DNA of 64,000 nucleotides from Klebsormidium nitens (lineage: Eukaryota; Plantae; Klebsormidiophyceae), in contig DF237053.1 in the NCBI GenBank assembly GCA_000708835.1, positions 62,001 to 126,000 on the forward strand, read 5' to 3'. Positions 1-10,900 of this stretch are shown one piece after another. A program made the translations under genes and the position numbers. Position 1 is the stretch's first letter. Every line of letters starts with the position of its first letter. The notes beneath the pieces are model-generated. The model worked only from the letters and a program-made list of their open reading frames with translations. It made no database searches and was not told the DNA's origin.

Positions 1-209
1 CTCCGCGGAGCACGATTGTGGCCGGGTATCATCTACACAAGCAACATAATGTCATGAACAAAGCAATCTGAAAAGCGACTCCAATACAGTTGCAAGACGC
101 AGGTCGCCAACATCTCGCAGCGCCAAGTCCGTGGTTGCCATCGAAATCAGCAAAAGAAAACCTTGAAAAGATTCATCTGAATGAATTTCAAACTATCGAC
201 GAACCACAG

Positions 210-3200
210 GTCGCCAACATCTCGCGGGGCGCCACGATCGTAGCTGCCATGGTGGATCTCCCGCTGGACGTGGCTTCGCTCGCGCTCGTGCTCGCGAGCG
301 GCGCGCTCCTCTTCGTGGGCGGCGTGCGCGCGACGGACCTCGCCAACCGGGTGCTCACCGGCCTTCTCCTGCTGTCGCTTATTCTCACCATTCTTACCGG
401 GTTAAGCCACGTGAGTGTGAACACTCCCGCTCATTTCTACTATTTCATTGGGCTGTTAAACGCGAGAGTAAATATTCTGGCCTCACGTGCGTTCTACCAC
501 GCCAACGGGAGTCTCACCGGGCAGCTCCTGATGTCGCTCATTCTCACCGTACTCACCGGGTTGGCCACGTGCGTGTAAATACTTTCGTTCATGTCCTTTA
601 CGGCGCTGGTGTGACTCAATGTAGATTCTCCTGGTTGCGAGCACGACTTTATCGGGTCATAGCACGTGCGTATCAAGGCTCTCAGATTCAATGCGCGTCT
701 TGTCAGGACCGCGATCTATCCAGCGCTCGCGACGACAGATGCCAGTGTCTCTCGTATGTCAAGTCTTCTCACAGAGCTTTCCGTTTTCACTTACAGCACC
801 CCGTTCTTCTGGAAAAATAGCCTGATTATGCATGTCTTTGGGACGACCAAACCGTGAAACCTCTGTTCCCCGTGAAACCTCTCTTTCCAGATGGAGGTTG
901 GGCGGCTGACACGTGGCAGCTGGGCGGCGATCCCGGCGAGCCTGCCGGTCATCATGCAGGTGCTCAACTTCCTGTGCATGCTGCCGGTCGTGTGCAGCAT
1001 CCTGCGAGGTGAGAAAATTGATTTTTTCCAACAATCAAAACCAATGAAGTGCTGTATCTGGCTATATAGTTGAAACAGGGTTCTTCTTTCATCGAATCCA
1101 AGGTGCGAGTCAGCTCTCGAGGTTTTTTTGCTTTCAATGTATCGCAGGTCCTGTTCCGCTTTTCTCGGCCCGTTTGCAGACAGACCCCCGATCATGTTCT
1201 TCCTTTGACAAGCGTTGTGGAAGCGAACTTCTCTTCCTCCTTCTTAGGCGTCAGAATGAAAAGCATCGCTGCCGAAGAACCTCTGATTGTTCAGAACCAC
1301 GAACCTCTGACTCTTCAGTCGTAGAGCCATAGAGTCATAGAGCCATCAATGCTTGCCATCCGTTCCGCAGGCGAGATCCGGCTCATCCGTGTTGCCGTCA
1401 TCCTGGGGAGCGGAATTCCGCTCCTGCTGTACGTCGCCTGGGACGCCGTCGCCCTGGGCCTTCTTCCGGCCATGCCGCTGGCAATTCCGGCGCGCCAAAC
1501 GGACCCGGTGGAAGTGCTTATGGAAGCGCGGGGGGCGCATATGGGCGTCGTCCTCACTCTGTTCGCCTTCACAGCGGTCGCCACGACGATCATCGGGTTA
1601 GTGACGGTTATCTGTTTTCGATTCTAGAACTTTGGGGTTTGTATACTTTTCGTTCAATGTTTCGTAGCCTGAGTATCCGCTTGTTTTGCCTTCACAGCGG
1701 TCGCCACAACCATCATCGGGTTAGTGAAGGTTCAATTTTGGGTTTAGGATGTTAGGGTTTTGGATCCTTATCGTCGACCGGTTTTGAAGACTTTGTCGTC
1801 CGATCTCCAAAGCTCTTCGCCTTCGAAACGCTTGTAGGAGCTCGCGACAAAAGCCGTCCTTAGACTTTTATTCTTGCAGCTGTTTGTAAAAATATAAGCC
1901 TTCGAGAAGAAAACGAAATGAGATTGTGCTAACGGGAAACTACAGAATGGTTATCGGTCAGAAAATGAGGATACGAATGAGAGGACTACGCCCAACAAAC
2001 GGAGAAACGTCACAACTCAGCTAAGAAACGCCTTTCTCTCTTAGGTGTCACCTGAGCTTGTCCGACTTCTTCTTCGAGTACATGCTGCCCAGCCACGTGT
2101 CCGCTGCTGGCGCCACCAAGGGGTCCCCCGCACCCCCGGGGGGATCCCCCGAAGCGTGGCCGGGCGCCACTCCCGCGCCCGGCCGGCGCGCCAAAGTGTG
2201 GGCGTGCAGCGTGCTGACGTTGCTGCCCAGCCTACTCCTCGCAATGACGGTGCCTGACGTAAGCATGGTCGTTTCTCTTCTTCGCAGTTCTTCCTCGCGT
2301 TCTGTCGCGTATCTGTCACCTTTTCTTCACGTTTTGTTTTTAGAAGAATCTGTCACTCAGCTTAATACGGTGTGGCCCTGATCGCCCACGTCCAGCTCAA
2401 TGAAAGCATCTCGTTGACCACATAAAAGCGTTCAGAAGTGGGTTCATTCAATGAGCGGTCTTGGTTCGGATCTCCTTCGTCTGAGTCTCGCTCTATCTTG
2501 ACTTCGAGGCAAAGGAGCCGCCGAGATTTGCAGCCACACTGAGTTCCGCTCCCGCTGGCACCACCGTCCGCTTCCCTTTGTTTTACTCAGCGGAACTTGA
2601 AAAGGGTCAAAGGTAGAATGTTATGCAGTCAAATCGAGTTTCGCTTCCCGCTGGCAGCACCGTCCCCGCTTCCTCGTAAACTTCTTAAGAGAAAGGACGT
2701 GGCGAGCGCTAGATCCTTCACGTTTGCAAACCAAGAGCTCGATTCTCCACTTGACTCGATCTTAAAACAGTGGAAAGGCGGCTCTGGGCATCCGAGAAAG
2801 GTCTCATTGATCAACGAGAAAGAGTCTTGATTACTTGCAGTGAGCAACGGTTGCTTAGAAACCGTACGCAATCTCTTTCCGTCTCTGCAGATGGTCTACT
2901 CCGTCCTGGACTACACAAGCCTGTACCTCGTCACAATTCTCTTCGGCGTTGCTCCGCCTCTCATGTGCTGGAGCCTACGAGACGCCAGGTGGGATGACGT
3001 TTTTGGGAGCTCGCGTGACGTCAGCAGATTATATTCACAGTGCGTGCCGCCCAGATTTGAGCGAATGATGCAGCCTCCTCGGATAGAATACAGACGGACG
3101 GGTCCAATACTTAGGTCTTACATTCAATGAGTACAGCTCTAACATCGTTTTGGGTTTGAACTGGCAGGAGAAGTTTCTGTGAAGCTTTCTGTCGCACAGA

Positions 3201-3619
3201 AAAAGTACATCCGTACGTTGAAGTCAAATAAGCACTCAGTGACCAAGGGTTTCAGGCTTCGTGGCGAAACGGGAATACAAGAAAATGGTACACCTATTCG
3301 AGAGCCACGATGGTACTGATCGTTGTCCTTAACATCACGCTGCTGAGCAACCTTTTCCGTCCAGAGATGAACTGCCATCTTCACAGGTAAAATTGGATCA
3401 AAATTTAACGTTCTGCAATTTTTCTCTGTTGTCAGGGACGAGAAGACGGCCGCATTTGCTGTCGAGAGGGAATTCACACCGCGGCGGGGACTGCTGGTGG
3501 TGGCAGCCGCGTTCTCGGTGTTACTACTCTTGCTCAAGGGGTTCGAGCACTATGTTGTGTTATTGGGGACGTTCATTCCGGGGGTTCAAATGGCGCCAAA
3601 AAATGTGCCCATAGCGTAA
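210..3619 (+). CDS. Tryptophan/tyrosine permease family (TyrP/Mtr-like) aromatic amino acid transporter, 5' part outside window; exons 210-410, 891-1008, 1371-1596, 2045-2258, 2891-2988, 3436-3619
   Basis: Phase-consistent GT-AG splicing gives a multi-TM protein with W-x-AIPASLPVIMQ, IRVAVILGSGIPLLLYVAWDAVALG, DPVEVL, FAFTAVATTIIG and LFGVAPPLMCW motifs typical of plant/algal Trp_Tyr_perm proteins; TAA at 3617-3619. Confidence 0.85.
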
Positions 3620-4825
3620 AGAGAAAGGCGAAGGCGAGAAATGTTACGACTGTCGGCGAAGTTGAACGGAGAGGCGGTCATCTAAACGGTCGCTTGGCTA
3701 ACCAGGACTTGTGCGGGGGCCTGGCGCGCATGTAGAGTAGTTTGACGAGAGAGAATCAAAGCGGGTTGCATTTGACACAAATCTTGCGCGCCGCGAATAA
3801 GACGCCCAAGCGGGCGAGACTGCCAGGCGCGGCCTAAGCTAATTGCCAATGAACCATGACGTACGAATGTGAAGAAGTCACATCCTTCATAACGTCTTGG
3901 GCAGCTCATGGGCGTGCTGCTTGGTAGACTCTGCCTTGTCATGCAATTGTCAGCTTCGAACTCCGTAAACTGCATGGCCGGGCGCCCATGGAAGTCGCCT
4001 TAATAACGCTCTCAATATCGAGCACCATGCAATTGCCGCCATGATCAAGTTCTCCGACCTTACAAGATCACCACTCCTTATGATTGATGTAGGTCCGACC
4101 ATGCAATTTAGGTTTCAGGCCGTATGATGGGGAGGTCCGAGTCGCAATGCGCCCGTAGCTGACTCCGAACGTGTATACGCACAACTTTCCATATGCAACT
4201 CAAGGTGCCACTCAATTCGTCGATAGTTTATAGTGCAGATCATGCTTCGAAAGCGCGGAATTAAGCGACAGATGATAATTGCAAATTGATCCGTGTGGCT
4301 GCATGCCATCTGTCGTGCCCACATTATATAAACTCCGCGCGGCGGCCTAGCTACAGGAGACGCCCATGGTTCGTCCCATGCCGCGCGCCACAGATTGCAG
4401 ATTGCCGCTCCGGATTGGATTGATCTGGGCATTAACCATTGGTACATGAGTGAATCTTTTACCCAATGCGTGGATCATATGGCCGGAAGCGTGATTCGCC
4501 GGGCACGCCAGGCCAGCTGTTAGTAACAAACATAGCTCATATGATTGCTTCGTCAATGCGGGCGGCACGGCGCTAATATATCTGGCACTGCAACTGCTCC
4601 CACATTCCACGATAACCATTGCCCTGATTTGGTCGACAATCTGATCAGCCTGGATATATGCACCTCGATCAAGACGACGTGCAAAACTGGGAAGCGTATT
4701 GCGAAATCGACCATCACGGCAAGAGAAATATCGCCACAGCACACGCTGCGGTTGTGTTTGGATAGAGTACACATGCGCCAGTCGACACGACAAAAGAGTC
4801 CAATAAAGCAGCCGTTCGGTTTTGC

Positions 4826-7327
4826 TTAATCCTCCTCCTCCGCGTCTTGGTCGGCGATGTTGAAGTACCGGAGCTCGTACACGTTCCTGTCCTTGTTGGA
4901 CGCAATCACTCGTAGCCAATCGCGGACGCTGTGCTTCTTCAGGTACTTCTTGGTCAGGTACTTGAGGTACCTGCGTCATGTATATCAAGTCGCTTAGAGA
5001 CAAGGAAAGAAAAGAAATCTTAAACAGGAAAATGATGAGCAAACAAGCTGTTTTGGATCCACTTCTTGTGCACGATTCAGATATCACACGTGCAAGTTGA
5101 CCAGACAAAAGAAAGAGGAACTGATAAAAGGAGGGTCTGATTGTGGATCAAGTAGTTTTGGTGAGGCACTGCGTAGTCAGGTACTTGACTTTGATGCTTC
5201 CCTTCTACCAAAGAACGTCGCGAAGCTACTCAACGGACTCCATTTCGTGTCCTAGACGTCTAGAGACTAATTGTAAAACCAAACACAGCTCTTTACATAT
5301 GCCGGCTAGCATTGCAGCATCCAGTAAAGGCTCGAGCTATGCCCCATGGCGCAGCTTCGTTTGCACATGACCGGGCCCAGTACAGCAATTGAGACACAGA
5401 AGAACTTCTTCGGAAGGCCTGCTCCCAACAGCATCACACCAGCAAGACGAAGCGAAGCAGAAAACAATACGTGAACTCGATTTTCACACCAATCAAAGTC
5501 CACAAGGGCAAATCAGTCAGCAACGGGCCGTATGATTTCTGCAGCGCGTCCAGAAGCACGAATGTCCCTCACAGAGTAGGTACAGACAACATGCTGGCGC
5601 AGCCTGCGACCAGATAACAACTTCTGCTATCTGCTTTCACATAGGCACCTGATCTGGACTGAACAATGCAAAAGGCAAGCATGCGAAGATGCAATCCCGA
5701 TGCGACGACAGGCTGACCGCAGCAGCCGCCGCCAACTGCCGTGCAAAGCAGTGGCCAAACGACCAAATCCCAAACCATGCGAACAAGCCCAAATCGTTTC
5801 TGCAGCATGAGCTGTTACTTCCGCTTCATTGCAACAACCTTGCAGCACACATCGCGCTATACCAGGACGAAAGCCTGACTACGATTTCGCAGCCGGATAA
5901 CTTGTATCGCCCTGCCGCAAGTAAGGTCACCTAACTCCTGCCTTCTGGCCCCACCTTCATGACTGCGATTTCAGCTGGAAAAGTGTCTGTTTTGAACCAG
6001 AGCTCGCTTTCATGGTCAGCAACCTGAGTTTGATGAAGCGTCAGCTGCTTAACAGCAAGAAGGACAAATGCGCCCTTGCAGAAAGCCCACCCTGGGGTTG
6101 TATTGCACGGAGGGCACAAACAGACCGGCTAGCTACAAGCCCCGTCTGTATCTTCTCTTGCACATACGGAGGGCTGATATCAAAGTCGCGGGTATTGTGC
6201 ATTTCACGGGAAAGTAGCAACACTATGACCGGAGGCGGACAACAGCTCTCCCTCAGCTAAAAGCCCCACCATGCCCATCAAAACTTAAGAAATGTCTAAG
6301 TGCGACAGATGACCAAGCAACACCTGAGAATGTGCATCAAGCCGAGCAACCAGACCTTTGTTTCACCAAGCAGCACATTGTTGAGCGGCCGAGGAAGAAG
6401 CAACCGTAGCCAAACCTTTTATGCTAAGGGCGCAACGGAACCCGAAATCGATCTCGCAACTGTTCTTTCCAAAGTGTTAAACCCCTAAGTATCTTGCCCG
6501 CCTAGATATCAGCTCGAATCCCAAGTGTCCCGTCCGTTCATCAACTCGGAGCTTCGACATAGATCGGTCATTCTGGCGGCCACAGTAACTCCAGTGGTCC
6601 CAACGTGGGGTGCATCGATCAGTGTGCGCAGAACCTCACAGAAGCACTTCAACAAGCTTAGACCCCCAGACAGGTCCAAAGTAGCCCTGCCATGTCTTGG
6701 CAATGAGAGTATTCAAAGAAACAGCTTCCGCCCCTTCAATAGGAACACCAGATTATCATTACCACTCAATTCCAAAACCAGCTCAGCACATAGCCTTTGA
6801 CTGGGGACCTTGCGATTCAAAAACACCAAGATTGGTAATGCATCATGTCCTTAGACATTCGGGCTTGAAGCTGCGAGTGATTGCCCCAAACCCTTGAGAC
6901 AACCATTACCAGCTCCAATCTGCCCCAAACGGCAGCTTCAGAAGACCAAATCGGTGAAATGCAACCAAAACAGCTCTGTGGCAACCTTGACAAGGTCAAA
7001 CGGCCCCCAAGTACCAAAACACAACCAGATGCAAACAAAAGTTGCAAAAGGCAAACGGGCCAGGCACAACACCAATCCGCCTCACCTCTTGGAGAACAAG
7101 CTCTCTGACGTAATCAGCAACCGGTTCTTCTCCTTTGCAATCGTCACCTTCTCCCCCAGCACCCCCGCCTTGCCATCGACCTTGATCCTATCCTGCAGGA
7201 ACTTCTCGAAGCTCGCAATCTCCATGATCTTATCCTCCACCGGCTTTGAGCAGTCAATGGTGAACGTGACCGACTTCTTCTTGCCCTTCGGCCCCGCGGC
7301 CTTCTTGGCAACGACGGCGGGAGCCAT
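4826..7327 (-). CDS. RPL22: 60S ribosomal protein eL22; exons 7327-7086, 4970-4826
   Basis: [34 protein letters not shown]...FSKR|[38 protein letters not shown]; phase-2 intron of about 2.1 kb with canonical ends. Confidence 0.98.
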
Positions 7328-7329
7328 GG

Positions 7330-7906
7330 CGGCGCCGGCGCAAGTCCTACAGAACGTCCTGGGGCGGCCACAGGAAAGAGGAAGGAGGAAGGCTCGGGCA
7401 AGGGGTTTTCGCAGAGTGCAAAGTCAAATTCACCGTATGACTTTGCAAACCGGATTGATCTTGTCTGGTCTTGACAGGTAACCCAGACACCAGCGCAGAG
7501 ATACAGCGAAGTTGAGAAAAAGGGTAAGTGTGTCTTCAAAATGCAGGGCACTGACTTTTGCTTGCGGTGGCCTTCGCCTTCTAACTTCTAAGTCACTGGA
7601 CTCTGGAGGCATTCATTGGCATTGGGGTCATGCAAATTTAGAAGCCCATCTTAGTTATTTTTAGGCGACCCCGCAGGATCGCCAACTCCATGAGGAAACA
7701 GCATTGCAAGCGCACAGCAGTGATGTTCTGCCTCTTATCTTGACGTCTTTCCAGAACCACCATTGCATCAAGCTTCGCACCCGCCGAGCTTTGAATCCGA
7801 TCAGAAAGTTTTGGAGTTTTGAGAGAGGAGTAAACCAACACTGCGACGTTCTGAGGACACTGCAGCGCCCTTGCGTATACTTATACTTTCTTTGGAGGGC
7901 CCCTCA
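7330..7906. promoter_or_regulatory. Compact divergent promoter and 5'UTR region shared by RPL22 and PAB
   Basis: Head-to-head ATGs 580 bp apart; candidate 5'UTR intron signals on both strands; pyrimidine tract CCCTTTTTCTC on the minus strand at about 7523-7513. Confidence 0.5.
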
Positions 7907-10900
7907 ATGGCAATGTCGGCCGCTCTGAAAGGGCGCTTCGCAAGCACATCAGCGCTCTCAAGGTGCCTTGAAAATGTGCCCCTTAATCATTCCTGCCGTG
8001 CTGGGCCTCCCTCCATTCATACCACCAGGCCGCCGGCACACAAAACGCACTGTCCCCACAAAACAGAAAGTCATCTTAGTCATCAGAATCTGTCAGGCGG
8101 GTTTTGCGGTGGTTCTCACAGGGCTGTAGAGACCGTGTGGGGGATCAGGGGGGCGAGAGTGATGTGCATGGCATCTCCAAATGTGAGGAGTGAAGGTGAG
8201 AGACGGGCTTTGTTAGATGAAAGCTGGCACTTTGTGCACAAGTAAAAGATCGGCACACGCGGCCTCTAGAATGCAGCCCGGTATTTGGAGGGGGTAGAAC
8301 TCATTAGCGTGCCCCCAGACAATAAACAAAGGATTCAACTTCTCCTGCATACATAGTTGCTCGAAGAAAAGGAACATAGATAGTACTTTAAAAAGAAGAC
8401 CTCAGAAACTGTATCACCACCAGCAAATAAGTAGTACACCTTGCATCACACCCTCTTCACTTTCTTGGAGCACATCAGTGGCCCAACCACATCGTTCCAT
8501 GGTCTCAAACTTAATAACTCGCCTCAATGAGCCCAGGCTGTCCTACGCTACATGAGCCGTGAACTCACAACACAACAAAATGCTGCAGTTGAGGATCATG
8601 CGACCTACCTTCGAGACGTCGCTGACATCACCCCGCCACCTCTCCTGCCAACACTGCTCAAAGCCCTTGAAGCTTCAGGTGAACTCCACATTGTGATTCT
8701 GGGCCAGCTCTCTTCCACCTTTCCGAAAGACAGCACGTTGGCTCCTACCTCATCTGCCTCGCGCTCCTTTACGCAAGTTTGCCGTTGGGACAAATGCCTT
8801 TGGATTGTTTTATGCTTTAGTTTCTTTATCAAGTTAGGATTGTCAGGCTGTTTCGGTTAAATTCGTGCTTTGCCCCTATATTGTGTGAGACTGGTCCTTT
8901 GTAAATGTTCTGAACGTGATACGATTCCTTGCCAGGAGAGGAGGTCGTCTCCCCAGCCGAGCGCGCAGGCGTCATCCCCCTAGTAATACCTCTCACTAGA
9001 AACGAGTCCACAGGTGACCGCCCCTTCTCTCAACCAAGAAAAGTCAGCCCAGAGCTTACTTGCAATTCACTTCGTTACAGGAAGGCTGCTTCTCTTGGGA
9101 TGCAGGGCTTGCATTTAAGCAAGCAGCCAGGGCTCTTCGTTTCCTGAATCTACATACGCGTCTGGAATAGCCACTTAGTAGCTTTTCCTGTCTTTGCTGC
9201 ATGAAAGGCAGGTGTCACATCCATGGTTTGGAGAACCTGTCCCTCATGGAAAGGAAAAAGTCCCCCAGTCTTCAGATCAGATATAGACCACATCGGAACA
9301 TTCTGATTGCTTTGCAGGCGAGTTGACAGGCATCTTGCGTTGGCCAACACCGCCCGAAGGGTGAGCCCCTTCGGTATCCCTTCTCAACAGCTTTGTACGG
9401 CATTTGTGAGATTGGTTCGGTGACTGGGGACCCATTTCTGTTTTTGGGTAATTGTCTGAGCGTGTGGCACCATGATCCAGGTTCTCCTAGCCCGTTGTGA
9501 TCAAGAAATGCTTGGATAGATTCCCAAGGGGCCTACCGCAATCTTTGAAGTGTCAGTGGTGCGGGGATAAACGAGCGTCACTTGGAGTTCATCGTGCTAC
9601 ACCCGGTTACTTGAATGGACAGAGTTTAGGACAGAAGTTTGACAGTTGTCTCCGCAAGTCCTGAGTCTCGAACTTGGGGTATCAGGTTTCGACTCGCTCA
9701 CGGTGGAGAGTTTGATCGACACTGCCGAAGTATCATTTGGATATTTTCACTATAGATCGCGGCAATCATGATCAAGAAATCATCAAGGTAAAAGGTAACG
9801 AGTCCATGTCACGAGATCCAGCATCTGCATTGCATCACATGCGGGTTGCTTTTGCAGGTTAGAGATGCCTGTCGTCCGAGTGCAAAAGAACGGCCAGCTT
9901 TGGCTTCTCGCTAAAACGGTGAGCCTGTCTCGTTCTCGTTTGGATCTGGCTGCAGGGTATTCTGCTTCTTCATGGTGACGTGTCGCAGTTTAGTATCCAA
10001 CTTCGTACGTTCCACCAATCCAATTTTGGCCGTCAGCGATTGGTGAATAGGAAAGGGGTTCCTCTCTTCGACCAGCATAGAAAAGACTCAAACTGCTTGT
10101 CAACGCGTCTTCTGCTGATTTGATCAATCAAGCATGGTGACTGTCAGTATATCAGACCTTTCGAGCGATTAGCTCTTACTCTTGTTTGAGACACTTATTG
10201 TTTTGGCCCACCTCGGAAGTCCCTGAATTTCTGGACATATGGCATTAGGTTTCTATTCTTTGTCGGTGTCACATGACGTCTCAACACCAAACAATGACGT
10301 TACTAGGTGGAGGAACACATAATTATGCGACCAGCGGAGGACTTCAGATCCTGTCTGTTCATGCATCGGGTCAACGACGAATTGACACCGAATGCCTGAC
10401 GTCACCAGGTAGAAGAATTCATAACCATGCAATTAGCGGAAGAGGACGCGGCAGGGGGCTCTGCGCTTGCGTCGGCGCTCGGGGACGAGGGGAAGCGTCT
10501 GTACCGGACGGGTGACTTTGCGGCGTCGAAAACGCCAAACGTCAACGTCTATCTGATGAAAAGCGTGAGGGATTACCTTACTATTGAGTATTGAAAAAGC
10601 CTGGCGACGTTTACGATGCGCAGGATTTTCGTGAAGCTTAGCGTTGTTCGAAATTGCGTCTCCTTAGTGTCAAATATTATGTTTCCATCTGCTTTTTCTT
10701 TATCGTTATCTATTTGTTGTTGGTTTTCTCCTTCTTATTAAACCGTTTTGAGTATAGCGAGCCGACTCACCTTGCCCACATCAGGTGTTTTTCGGTCCTT
10801 GGCTGCTTACGATGCCGTTATTTGTGACATACGGCTTTGTATCACAGCCCACTGACGTCAGCGTGACGATCTCTGCAGGTCGGCAAGTTCCCGGACGTGT

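Noticed and set aside
210-3619. Recent bacterial HGT of a TyrP-like permease
   Set aside because: The gene has multiple spliceosomal introns and host-like codon usage, and the family is already known in plants and algae.
4347-5108. 253-aa minus-strand ORF overlapping RPL22
   Set aside because: Out-of-frame read through RPL22 exon 2 and 3'UTR; no protein-like features.
6505-6545. Box C/D-like TGATGA...CTGA on the minus strand in the RPL22 intron
   Set aside because: Only about 36 nt between boxes, imperfect C box and no terminal stem; too short for a snoRNA.
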